Virus record (IMG/VR): IMGVR_UViG_3300021961_000121
Coordinates: 1-56,218 of that record
Strand: one strand, 5' to 3'
Source of the DNA: a virus
Lineage: Duplodnaviria > Caudoviricetes
DNA length: 56,218 nucleotides
A program made the translations under genes and the position numbers. Below the pieces are notes generated by a model. That model saw nothing but the letters and a program-made list of their open reading frames with translations, searched no databases and had not been told where the DNA came from. This document shows, piece after piece, positions 19,098 to 28,568 of the stretch; within the stretch, counting starts at the first letter, position 1, and every line of letters begins with the position of its first letter.

Positions 19098-19586
19098 TTA
19101 GTATTGTAAGATAGCGTAATCGTAAGTAAGTGTCAAATCAACTGTAGCAAGGTCTTCGCCGGTGTAGTCCATATCAGAGAACTTAGCGGTCTGAATGAAA
19201 GCACCTTTCAATGTCCACTCTTCTACTTTATCACCAACAGGACCCAAACTGTTGAATACGATGTCTTTTTTGTAGAAATCAGAGTATCCATCACGACCGG
19301 TTACTGATTCGTGGTGTAAACGAACCCATTCCATTACTGCTTGAGCAGCTGAAGGAACAACTGCGTCATAAAGAGTTACAGTGATATCAGACCATTCAGA
19401 ACGACCCTTAACATATCTACGGGTGTTGATGTGGTCAATAGTCACCTTACCATTTGTAATTTCAGGTCTGGCGGCTGTTTTCACCAAGTACGCGGGGATT
19501 CCCTCGATGTACATAATGAACCTATTTGACATTTTAGGTTCAAAGTTGGTGAACATAATTTCATTTGGGTCAAGTAATTGTGCCAT
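19098..19586 (-). CDS. Tail tube protein (T4 gp19-like)
   Basis: NRF..YIEGIP, W.DITVTLYD, YKKDI, EEWTLKGAF, LTLTYDYA; follows sheath gene. Confidence 0.9.
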   Translation of the reverse strand: MAQLLDPNEIMFTNFEPKMSNRFIMYIEGIPAYLVKTAARPEITNGKVTIDHINTRRYVKGRSEWSDITVTLYDAVVPSAAQAVMEWVRLHHESVTGRDGYSDFYKKDIVFNSLGPVGDKVEEWTLKGAFIQTAKFSDMDYTGEDLATVDLTLTYDYAILQY

Positions 19587-19630
19587 TTATATCTCCTATT
19601 GTCTTTCTAATAAATAGTAGTTTCTTTAAT

Positions 19631-21991
19631 TTATGCCCCTGGGAATGCAGCGCCGGTTGGTAAGATGTTGAAGTCAACGATGATGAATTCAGCAGTTTTG
19701 GCTGGTTGTAACCAAATCTCACCTACCATAATGTTTCTATCGATTACATCAGGAGTATTGTTAGTGTCATCCATTACCACTTTGAAAGCGTAAAGACCAT
19801 TTCTTTGTTGGATTGATTCCAAGTATGGGTTTACGATTGCCAAGAAGCGGTTTCTTGTAGCAGCGGTGTTGTTTTCGAACACCAAGTATCTTGTAGAAGA
19901 AGCGATATACTTCTTAACAGCAATCATCAATCTGCGAACATTGATTCTATCCAAAGCGGAAGGTTTAGCTTGTAGGGTCTTTTGACCGAATACAGTAGCA
20001 CCTTGACCAGGGAAGGTTGCGATTGGGTTGATTCTATTAGTGTAGAGTGTATCTCTTTCTTCGTGAGTCAAACGAGTTTTAACTTCGATAACATTTGACA
20101 AACCACCACGATTCAAACCGGCAGGAGCGTACCATTCAGCAGCAACTGAATCGTTGAAAGCAATTACGCCAGGAAGAACTACTGAAGGTGGAACCCAGAC
20201 AGGTTTGTTCTTGTCAGTATCAAGGATTTTAACCCAAGGGTGGTAAGTAGCAACATAGTTAGAGTCAAATGAACTCAAAGAGTTAACTACAACGGAGATT
20301 GAGTCGGAGTAAGCACCCCCATCCATCACATAGAAACAATCTTGTCTATCTTCACACATATCTTTAGCGTATGTAGTAACTGAAGAGTGTAATCTATTGA
20401 TGATACCAGGAGTTACAACCATATTGATGTCGAACTCATCAGGATTAGAGATAGCGTTGATAGCTTTTCTCATAGCAACCGTACCTGCGGCGGTAGCGGA
20501 AGAACAATCCAAACCTTGAGTATTACCAGCAACAATTGCGTTACCTACATTAACAACTCGGTTTGGCTCCCATCCATCAAAACCACCTTGGAAAGGTACG
20601 ATAAATTTCTTAGCATCAATGTCTGAAGTTAGTGTGATTGGAGAACCATTAGATTCACAATCAGCCAAATCAAAGTCAGAACCTACTTCTTCAGTAGCAG
20701 TAGTTGGTACTGGCATCAAGTAGTTTAAGTTATCCGTAGCGGAAAAATCAAAGTTGTAACCCAAATAAACTCTCTTATTGTACTCACTTGAGATTGATTG
20801 AGATACCACATATGAAGGACTTGGTAAAGCGTATCCTGATTGTAATGGTGAAGTCAATGCGTTGAATCCAAAAGGAACAAGTGTTGAATCAATTGAACCT
20901 GCGTCAACATTTGAGTCAACCTCAACACGAATATGTACTGAACCATTGGCGTAGTCACCATTTGATGTTAATTTACCATTAGCGTCAACAGTGATGTATT
21001 TGTCACCGATTACTCTCTTAATATAGTTTGGAGAATTAGGGTCAAGGTTAAGACCTGTAAACTCTTCTACAATGGCAGGTCGTGTGTCAGCGTCTTGAAC
21101 ACTTTGACCATAGATTGAATTAGGAACTTTAGAAGTGTCTACTCTACGAACTACAACAGAGAATGTACCATATTCAGAACCAGGAACTTCAGATGCTGGT
21201 TTGATATCACGGATACCTACTTTGAACTCATAGTTTGTAGCAGTTCCGTGAGAAAGAGTATGGAATCTGAACAAGTCAGTAGCAACACCACCAACTTTTT
21301 GGGACTTAATCCAAGGAGTTGAAGCGTGTTGATATGCTTGAGCGTATGATGTGTTAACAAAAGAAGCGGTTTGAACCAAAACAACCTCACCAGTAGCAAA
21401 AGATGCTGATTGGAAGGTAGAGAAGTTCAAGAAAGTGTAAGCTGCTTTTGAAGATTTAGGAGCGTATCCATACTGCTTTGTTAAGTAGTTAGCAGATGAT
21501 GGGTCTAATGAAGCGGTAATTGTTGTAGAAGTTACCGAATCACCTTTAATCTCTAATGAGAAGTTAGAAGCCGATACGACTAAAGTATCACCAGTAGTGT
21601 TATCGGTTACTAAAGAACCACTAAAGTCACCACCATTTGTTTGTGTAGTTGGGTGTAATACAGCACCAACATACTGACCGGCAGATGATGATAATACTAA
21701 TGCTACGGGCTTGGTTAATGTATAACCACTTGCACCTAAAACTCTAACGATGGTAGCAGACCCAGCATCTTCCAAATAAGCTTGTGCTGTGTATGGAAGG
21801 TATGAATCTTCAGTTAAACCACCGAAGTGTTGTGTAAATTCGTTAAATGATTCCACTTTTGTTGGAACAAAAGCAGGACCTTTGATAGTTTGTCCGATAA
21901 GAGCCGCACCAATCTCTGCAATACCTGCGGGTAAGAAAGAGAGGTCTTTTTCTCTTGTGAAGACGCCTGGACTAACAATTCTTTCAGCCAT
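19631..21991 (-). CDS. Tail sheath protein (T4 gp18-like)
   Basis: SPGVFTREKDLS, WYAPAGLNRG, RINPI, GQKT, DRINVRRL, FENN, PAKTAEFI. Confidence 0.95.
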   Translation of the reverse strand: MAERIVSPGVFTREKDLSFLPAGIAEIGAALIGQTIKGPAFVPTKVESFNEFTQHFGGLTEDSYLPYTAQAYLEDAGSATIVRVLGASGYTLTKPVALVLSSSAGQYVGAVLHPTTQTNGGDFSGSLVTDNTTGDTLVVSASNFSLEIKGDSVTSTTITASLDPSSANYLTKQYGYAPKSSKAAYTFLNFSTFQSASFATGEVVLVQTASFVNTSYAQAYQHASTPWIKSQKVGGVATDLFRFHTLSHGTATNYEFKVGIRDIKPASEVPGSEYGTFSVVVRRVDTSKVPNSIYGQSVQDADTRPAIVEEFTGLNLDPNSPNYIKRVIGDKYITVDANGKLTSNGDYANGSVHIRVEVDSNVDAGSIDSTLVPFGFNALTSPLQSGYALPSPSYVVSQSISSEYNKRVYLGYNFDFSATDNLNYLMPVPTTATEEVGSDFDLADCESNGSPITLTSDIDAKKFIVPFQGGFDGWEPNRVVNVGNAIVAGNTQGLDCSSATAAGTVAMRKAINAISNPDEFDINMVVTPGIINRLHSSVTTYAKDMCEDRQDCFYVMDGGAYSDSISVVVNSLSSFDSNYVATYHPWVKILDTDKNKPVWVPPSVVLPGVIAFNDSVAAEWYAPAGLNRGGLSNVIEVKTRLTHEERDTLYTNRINPIATFPGQGATVFGQKTLQAKPSALDRINVRRLMIAVKKYIASSTRYLVFENNTAATRNRFLAIVNPYLESIQQRNGLYAFKVVMDDTNNTPDVIDRNIMVGEIWLQPAKTAEFIIVDFNILPTGAAFPGA

Positions 21992-22061
21992 TATATTTCT
22001 CCTAAATTCAAAATTTGGTTTTCCTTATAATAAATACACCAAAAATTAGGGAAACGGATAG

Positions 22062-22343
22062 TTATTTGTTGGGAGTAAAGGTATTTGTTTCAATATCGTA
22101 TTCACCATCCCCATATTTCTCTCGTAATCGTTTACCTAATTCAGATTCTTGAACTCTAATTTCTCCATAAGCGTTAATCAATGTGGCTTTTTCATTTTTT
22201 AACTCTTGAAAGGTGGATTCCAACTCTTGGATATTTAATTCAACTTCTCCGATTCGAGAAATGATTGTCAATACCCGTTGTTGAAGTTCTCGTATCTCGG
22301 TGACTTCTTGTTCTGTAAATTGCTTTACTAATTTTTCTTCCAT
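22062..22343 (-). CDS. Coiled-coil hypothetical protein
   Basis: 93 aa heptad-rich, ends KYGDGEYDIETNTF; late motif at 22369-22376. Confidence 0.72.
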   Translation of the reverse strand: MEEKLVKQFTEQEVTEIRELQQRVLTIISRIGEVELNIQELESTFQELKNEKATLINAYGEIRVQESELGKRLREKYGDGEYDIETNTFTPNK

Positions 22344-22384
22344 AACACTTGTATTAGTTTGTTTACAGTATAAATATGTAAAAT

Positions 22385-23224
22385 TTATTCATTACCACTT
22401 TTAGTAGGGGTATCATTACTGCTTAATTTTGGAGAATTTCCCCAAGATACCTTACCAACTGAAAATCTTCTCTTGGTATTGTTAACCATACCCACATATT
22501 CTGGAACAATGTATGCTTTTGCGGTCAAGGTAATGTTGGCTCTTGTGATTCTGTCTTCGTTTACCAATGCGGTTGTTTCAAATCCATAAGAATCAGCTTT
22601 AATTACAAATTTGTACCTTTCACCAAAGGAACGACCTTGGAAATAGATAATTTGTTCAACAATCTTATTGACTTGTTCCATATAGTCACACCAAACTACA
22701 ACTTCGTATTCCAAGTTTACATAATCAGGTCTTTCAACCGACATAAACTCTCTAACAGGTTGTTGGTCCGTTAAAATTGAAAATTGGTCGTATCTATTTG
22801 CCTTTGTATACTTTCGTTCAAACATTTGGTGAGCATCTTCGTTTTCAGCCACCTTTAACTTGGATAATTCCGTGTTGATTGAAAGATTATTTCTTTTAAA
22901 TGAGATAACCGGTACTAATAACATACCATTATCATCTTGCATATACCCTCTTTGTTGGGCAGCTACCCACTTTTCGGGCGATGCGTAAATAACAGGAACA
23001 GGAATGAATCTACCATCAGCTTCTACTGTTGGTCTAACATCCTTTTCCAAGAAATCCTTAAACGCAGAATCAACATCGTAAATACCGACTGAAATGTTCT
23101 TTACATTATCCTGGTCTCTACGAACTTGCTTTGCCTTATTCAACTTTACATCTTGTGTAGTAGATGATTGAGTTTGAGTAAGGGTTGGTTTTGTATTATC
23201 GGTATTTCTATACTTGTTAGCCAT
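22385..23224 (-). CDS. Tail terminator/completion protein (T4 gp15-like)
   Basis: VPVIYASPEKW, P.ISF.R, Y...MEQVNKIVEQI; lies after neck genes and before sheath. Confidence 0.75.
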   Translation of the reverse strand: MANKYRNTDNTKPTLTQTQSSTTQDVKLNKAKQVRRDQDNVKNISVGIYDVDSAFKDFLEKDVRPTVEADGRFIPVPVIYASPEKWVAAQQRGYMQDDNGMLLVPVISFKRNNLSINTELSKLKVAENEDAHQMFERKYTKANRYDQFSILTDQQPVREFMSVERPDYVNLEYEVVVWCDYMEQVNKIVEQIIYFQGRSFGERYKFVIKADSYGFETTALVNEDRITRANITLTAKAYIVPEYVGMVNNTKRRFSVGKVSWGNSPKLSSNDTPTKSGNE

Positions 23225-23751
23225 TACAATCCCATTGGTATAGAGTTATTATTCTGATTTGAATTACCATAGTAAGTATCTTCCAAGTTAAGGGTAGTCA
23301 ATCTTGTTGCGTGTGAATCACAAATAATAGAAATTGAGTAACCTTGAGTATCACCACCATCCCAAGTAGATGGATTTTTACCGGCAAAGAATTGTCTTTC
23401 GTAGTGAGTATCAATCAAGAAATAAGTGTCGTTATACCAAACCACATCGCCAATTTCAGGAACAATACCCCTATCAATCAGATTATCTTTTAAGAAATTA
23501 AAGGTTACTTCACGAGTATACGACTGACCAAAGTCATCAGAGATTTGAGTAGCTTGAACATACTCAAATAACGCAGGAACTTTTACAGGTTGTTTGTAAA
23601 TCTTGTCCTTACCCTCACCATATAAATTTGATTTGGTACTTTCAACTGATAACATATAATAATACACTTCCGTATCAATGATATCATTGATGAGTTCCTT
23701 ATTCAAGGTTCTGAATAAAGACATATCTCGTTGTCCACCAAATAGTGCCAT
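23224..23751 (-). CDS. Neck/head-closure protein (T4 gp14-like)
   Basis: VYYY...NLYGE...PEIGDVV; synteny. Confidence 0.75.
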   Translation of the reverse strand: MALFGGQRDMSLFRTLNKELINDIIDTEVYYYMLSVESTKSNLYGEGKDKIYKQPVKVPALFEYVQATQISDDFGQSYTREVTFNFLKDNLIDRGIVPEIGDVVWYNDTYFLIDTHYERQFFAGKNPSTWDGGDTQGYSISIICDSHATRLTTLNLEDTYYGNSNQNNNSIPMGL

Positions 23752-23755
23752 TTTA

Positions 23756-24919
23756 TTATCCTATATAAATTGGTCTTGGAACTTTAGCAAGAGTTGATTC
23801 TAAAAAGTCGGCCTCATCTCTTTTTGCTTCCATTTGAGCTCTACGAGATGTTGCCTCCAACACCTCTTTTAACTCGGTCAATAAGTTTTCTTTTTCAGCA
23901 GATGCTTCGTTACGAAGGTCAGCCCCATCCAAAGTTACATCAGAACCTGGAATAGGAATTGATGAGAATTTAGCACGCACCGCTCCTAACATTTCTTTAG
24001 CAAGAGCAAGCGTGTATCTGGCAATCCATTGTTTTCCGGCAGAATTAATCGAAGTGTATTGTAATCTTTGAAAAGGAACATTTGAAAGGTCACTCACCAC
24101 ATTTGATTTTGCAATAGGTGAGTTTGTTTCAGAGTCCAATGTGTATTCAAAGTGAACTTTTGTACCGGCGTCTGATGTTGATGGGATTGGAAACAATCTA
24201 ACACGCGTTCCATCAATATGAAATCCATATGATGATTTACGAATAAGGTCGTTGAACTCAATCGCTTGTAAACGAAGAAGGTCATCAAACATTGGTTGCA
24301 TCATAAATGATACACCAGGCGAATATGCTCCCCAACCGAATGTATTTAACATTTGTTGAGAACCCATACCCGTACCTACAAATGGGTCAAAGTATCTGAT
24401 AATTGCGGGTGGTTGGTAGTGATAGAATCTACGAATAGTCACACCATCAGTAACCGAACCACTTTCCAAATTTACAACATTACCATCACCAAGGTCATAA
24501 ATTTGTTGACCAGACGCCATTTCAAATGAACCAGTGTAGACAGTAACACGACCACCACTTAATGCTTCAGTACCATAATCTTTGGCAATGTTTACAACAC
24601 CCGCCATATTAGCGTTAATTTGTGTATCTCTCAAATCCAAATTCAAATCAGAACCTTGAAGAGATAACATATTCTCTTTGGCTCTATACTGATTTACTTG
24701 TGATGAGTATTCATTGGTTGCTTCTTCAAAACAAGTGAAGAAGTTGATGTCTTGCAATTCAATATCTACGATTGGGTATCCCAAACGCTTAGCGCACCAA
24801 TCAGCTACCTTCGGAGCGTCTGACGCGAATTGTGCTTCAGAATCAAAAAATCCGAATGGGGTAGATGTTCCGGCTGTAAATGAGCCCGAACCAGGCCAAA
24901 TTGGAATGTTAACTGCCAT
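23756..24919 (-). CDS. Neck/head-tail adaptor protein (T4 gp13-like)
   Basis: RLGYPIVDIEL, WIARYTLALAKEMLG..R.KF..IP.P...TLDG. Confidence 0.85.
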   Translation of the reverse strand: MAVNIPIWPGSGSFTAGTSTPFGFFDSEAQFASDAPKVADWCAKRLGYPIVDIELQDINFFTCFEEATNEYSSQVNQYRAKENMLSLQGSDLNLDLRDTQINANMAGVVNIAKDYGTEALSGGRVTVYTGSFEMASGQQIYDLGDGNVVNLESGSVTDGVTIRRFYHYQPPAIIRYFDPFVGTGMGSQQMLNTFGWGAYSPGVSFMMQPMFDDLLRLQAIEFNDLIRKSSYGFHIDGTRVRLFPIPSTSDAGTKVHFEYTLDSETNSPIAKSNVVSDLSNVPFQRLQYTSINSAGKQWIARYTLALAKEMLGAVRAKFSSIPIPGSDVTLDGADLRNEASAEKENLLTELKEVLEATSRRAQMEAKRDEADFLESTLAKVPRPIYIG

Positions 24920-24946
24920 TTAAACTCCTATACTATTATCTCACTA

Positions 24947-24954
24947 TATAAATA
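24947..24954 (-). promoter_or_regulatory. Putative late promoter motif TATTTATA
   Basis: 18-bp context (24940-24957) identical to 46947-46964. Confidence 0.65.
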
Positions 24955-24963
24955 GTATGAGGT

Positions 24964-26640
24964 TTACCTTTCCAAGTTTTTCATAAATGAAACAATAATA
25001 TACCTCGTACCCTTTGTTACTGCCCTAGCTCCGTGTTTGTGAGTGATGTTGCCAGGGTGAATGGTAGCATAACCAATTGGATTCTTTATCAATTTCTTTT
25101 GTCTTCTAAACCAAGTACCACCACCTTCATATTCATCGAGGTCTGAAAGTTGAATCAGACAAGTGATGTCCGATGAGTCGTGATGGATTGATAGGTGACC
25201 TTGAGCAGATGGGACATATTTTGCAAGGAAGTTTTCACTCTGCATATCATCCCAACCTCGACCTTCCAACGCCCACATATAAATCGAGAATGGCATTACA
25301 AACAATCGAAGGATTTCCATATAGGTATCGTGTAATCCAATCACATCCAACACCATATCGGTAGTTGGGTAATTGTCGTGTCTATCAGTAGTCCAACACC
25401 TACAATGTTCAGCCTCCTCCCTAATCATCTTACAAAACTCTTCCGTAAAAAGAGGGAATGAAAAACAATTATCAAATGGTTCATCCGTAATCAATTCCCA
25501 TTCTTTGGTTCGTGCTGAATATGTGATAAATCGTTCAATCCAAGCTTGAGGGTCTTCAAAATAAGTGTATAATTCAGGATGAAGTTTTCCACCAGTTTCA
25601 AGTAGGTTTACCCAATCTTCAATACGAATTGGCCAAGTTTGATTTTTTGCATATTCATATGAGGTATTCTGATTTACTACTTGTAGGGTTTTGTTATTAT
25701 AAAGATATTTGAATTTTTCTAAAATTCTATTTTTTAAAAGTTCAGTATCGGATATTGTCGATACAATAGCCGCATTACCTAACAATAAATTCATCAAGTT
25801 TCCAGTATCAGTAGAAACAATCTTAACACCACCATACATCATTTCAAGAGCAGTGATACAATAAGTTTCAATGTATTGTGATGGGTAAATCCAATACTCT
25901 GAAGATTTAATTTGGGTGTAGAGTTCAGTTGGAGATAAGTTATCTAAAAAATGAACCCCATCATATAACCCCTTATAATCCTCATACCAATCTAAAGCGT
26001 ATGGCGGAGTAGCGACCCACAAACTTGCGTTTGGAATCATTTCCAAGATTTGAGGCCAGATTTCCAATAGTTCTTTTAACCCTCTATCAGGAGCAGATGT
26101 GTATATGAATTTATTTTCATAACGAGGGGTGTCTATATTTTGCCAGTCATATGGGTCTATTGCGTTTTCAATTACAACAATTTTGTTTTCAATTTCAGGA
26201 TAAGTTTTTATCAATAAAGTTTTGTGATAATTTGAAACCGCAACGACTGATGTAATTCGACTATCGGTTAGATAATCCATTCCCTTGTTTGGAAGTTCTT
26301 CACCATTGTACCACGGATAAAACTCTTCGTTGTGAATCCAAAAAAACGATTTATCGTAGGTGACATTTAACGATTCTAATAATGGAATGTAGTGAATATA
26401 AGCCGTAGCGATTACAACATCAAAATGTTGGTTTTCTTCAAGTTCGGTAATGTGTTGGTAAAGTACCCCATCGCAATTGTCAGAAATAACTTCACCACTC
26501 ACAATAACATCGTGACCTTCTGCAAACAAATAGTCAGCAAGTTTAATAACTGAATATTCAGTACCACCCGCACCCAACTCTAACCAAGTGTTTTTGTTGA
26601 ATGGTAATTTTTGATAACCTGTGTATATTAATACTCTCAT
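24964..26640 (-). CDS. Fusion of GT-B (GT4-like) glycosyltransferase and PLOD-type lysyl hydroxylase 2OG-Fe(II) domain
   Basis: N-term: GAGGTE, YTSAPDRGL, YPSQYIETYCITALE. C-term: FPLFTEEFC...PTTDM...HHDSS...YEGGG...HPGNITHKHG...GTRYIIVSF, matching the LH/PLOD catalytic-domain pattern. Confidence 0.85.
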   Translation of the reverse strand: MRVLIYTGYQKLPFNKNTWLELGAGGTEYSVIKLADYLFAEGHDVIVSGEVISDNCDGVLYQHITELEENQHFDVVIATAYIHYIPLLESLNVTYDKSFFWIHNEEFYPWYNGEELPNKGMDYLTDSRITSVVAVSNYHKTLLIKTYPEIENKIVVIENAIDPYDWQNIDTPRYENKFIYTSAPDRGLKELLEIWPQILEMIPNASLWVATPPYALDWYEDYKGLYDGVHFLDNLSPTELYTQIKSSEYWIYPSQYIETYCITALEMMYGGVKIVSTDTGNLMNLLLGNAAIVSTISDTELLKNRILEKFKYLYNNKTLQVVNQNTSYEYAKNQTWPIRIEDWVNLLETGGKLHPELYTYFEDPQAWIERFITYSARTKEWELITDEPFDNCFSFPLFTEEFCKMIREEAEHCRCWTTDRHDNYPTTDMVLDVIGLHDTYMEILRLFVMPFSIYMWALEGRGWDDMQSENFLAKYVPSAQGHLSIHHDSSDITCLIQLSDLDEYEGGGTWFRRQKKLIKNPIGYATIHPGNITHKHGARAVTKGTRYIIVSFMKNLER

Positions 26641-27932
26641 TTTGACTCCACAATGTAATTTAAAACTTGTTCTCTTTCATAGTATCTTGTTCTATCCATC
26701 CAATTTTGAAGCCGATGAGCTCTACCCTCTTCTTCGTTCCAAGACCAATCTTCTTTTCCAAGTTCAAGGATTCGTTGGTGAATAAATGGGTCATAATAGT
26801 CCTTGATTAACCTGGCTCTACGATTAATATCAGTAGAGTTATTGTCAACCGTGGAATTTCTATTATTGTATTGTACATATAACATTTTTTTTAGGTGAAT
26901 CATACGAGTTTCAAGGAATGTTTTAACAATCAACTCATAATCATCCGCTACTGAAATGTTTCTACTATGTCCTCTAATTTTATGATAAGTATCACGATGC
27001 CAAATTCTACAATGATTCGGCATTCCAATATTAAATCTAATGGATTTGGGGTTGATGTCGGGATAGTGATGAGTTAACCAAGTAACTCCGTCAAATTCTT
27101 CCCAAGTGTGACCAGCATATCCCCAATCGAAGAAGTTTTCAGGGTGACCATACCAATCATCACCAATACGACCATATTGTCGTGGTGTGCCATCTTCATA
27201 TACCTCGGTTACATCCGTATATACAAATCCAGCATCTGGATATTGTTTAGTTGCGTTTAAAACATCTTCCAAACAAGTGGATATAAGGACATCATCGTGG
27301 TCTAATTCAAATAGCCACTCCCCATTCGATAACATAGCAGCTCTATGTTTTACCTCACCAACATTACCACTTGAATTTGGGGTCATACGATGGATATTTA
27401 CTCTATAATCCGTACTTGCAATTTCCTTCAGATACTCCCAAGTACGATAATCACCCTCGGGTGAATCATCAACCACAACCCATTCCCAATTTGGGTAAGT
27501 TTGGTTCTTCAACGACTCATATGTTCTGAATATTCGTTCGTTTGTCTTATAAGTTGGTGTGAATACTGATAGAATGGGTGTTTCATCATTACCATAGACC
27601 TCTTTTTGTGATTTACAAGCCCAAAAGGTAGATTGACACACCACATCGTTAGCTAATATGTTATCAGGTATGATTTCATCGTAAGTTCGTAACTTACTAC
27701 TAACCATAATGTGATTTACCATTTCGTTGACCTCAACAAAATGGTTTCCAATGGTTATAATGATATCAGGTCGGTGAATTGCCAAATGGGACTTAAAATC
27801 CACCGAACTCTCATATGAATATAAGATTACATCTTCGTGTAAACCTTCTTCCCAGTAGATATCGGACTGAATTCTAATCTCACCGAACCTATCCCATCCA
27901 TAAATAAGAGCAGTTGGTAAACTTGTCTTCAT
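26637..27932 (-). CDS. GT2 family glycosyltransferase
   Basis: SVFTPTYK, WEWVVVDDS, LDHDD (DxD), ADDYEL; likely start MKTSLP at 27932. Confidence 0.88.
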   Translation of the reverse strand: MKTSLPTALIYGWDRFGEIRIQSDIYWEEGLHEDVILYSYESSVDFKSHLAIHRPDIIITIGNHFVEVNEMVNHIMVSSKLRTYDEIIPDNILANDVVCQSTFWACKSQKEVYGNDETPILSVFTPTYKTNERIFRTYESLKNQTYPNWEWVVVDDSPEGDYRTWEYLKEIASTDYRVNIHRMTPNSSGNVGEVKHRAAMLSNGEWLFELDHDDVLISTCLEDVLNATKQYPDAGFVYTDVTEVYEDGTPRQYGRIGDDWYGHPENFFDWGYAGHTWEEFDGVTWLTHHYPDINPKSIRFNIGMPNHCRIWHRDTYHKIRGHSRNISVADDYELIVKTFLETRMIHLKKMLYVQYNNRNSTVDNNSTDINRRARLIKDYYDPFIHQRILELGKEDWSWNEEEGRAHRLQNWMDRTRYYEREQVLNYIVESK

Positions 27933-27933
27933 A

Positions 27934-28533
27934 TTATCTATAAGGTTCTCCCCCCACCCAAAGTACAAACGATTTGCGAGTTCCTTTGGTTACAGGCGTT
28001 ACTCTATGTAAATAAAATGATGGGAAAATCACAGCGGCGCCTTGGTGTCGTGTTGCTACCAAATGTTGTCCGATATTAAATTCTAAATCACCACCCTCAT
28101 ATTCTTCAGGCGATGATAGTTGAACTGTTACTGAAATCTTCCTTTGATTTTGAATGCCAATACCACAATCCATATGCCAGTCGTAATGACCACCACCTTC
28201 ATAGTATTCGGTGTATTGGATTTGTTCGTTCATTGTTGATAAATCCAACTTCCACATAATATCATTTGCTTCAACAATCATATTGTGAAGTTTACGATAA
28301 ACCCACTCCCACTCTTCGTTTTGTGGGCACCACTTAACTTGTGATTTTCTATAATTTGAAACTTTAGAGCGGTCATCTTGACCGGTAGCTGCAACCTCAA
28401 ATGGTAATTGAAGAGTCATCTCCTCAATTTTTACCAATTCTTCTGGAGCGAATCCTTCTTTGAACCAATAATAGTCCGTGTAGTTTACATCACTACGATG
28501 TGAGTTCCTATCAAATGTAAATTTCTTATCCAT
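27934..28533 (-). CDS. 2OG-Fe(II) oxygenase (PKHD/prolyl-hydroxylase-like)
   Basis: YDWHMD (HxD), RKISVTVQL, YEGGDL, FPSFYLHRVTPVTKGTRKS. Confidence 0.9.
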   Translation of the reverse strand: MDKKFTFDRNSHRSDVNYTDYYWFKEGFAPEELVKIEEMTLQLPFEVAATGQDDRSKVSNYRKSQVKWCPQNEEWEWVYRKLHNMIVEANDIMWKLDLSTMNEQIQYTEYYEGGGHYDWHMDCGIGIQNQRKISVTVQLSSPEEYEGGDLEFNIGQHLVATRHQGAAVIFPSFYLHRVTPVTKGTRKSFVLWVGGEPYR

Positions 28534-28548
28534 AACAATTCAGTTTAC

Positions 28549-28556
28549 TATAAATA
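28549..28556 (-). promoter_or_regulatory. Putative late promoter motif for the modification-enzyme operon
   Basis: TATTTATA 15 nt upstream of the oxygenase ATG. Confidence 0.65.
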
Positions 28557-28568
28557 TAGAACTGAATG

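Noticed and set aside
24964-28533. Oxygenases and glycosyltransferases as a DNA hypermodification (TET/JBP plus GT) system
   Set aside because: The domain pattern is PLOD/PKHD-like rather than TET/JBP, and the genes lie in the late virion module next to collagens. Disfavoured, not excluded.
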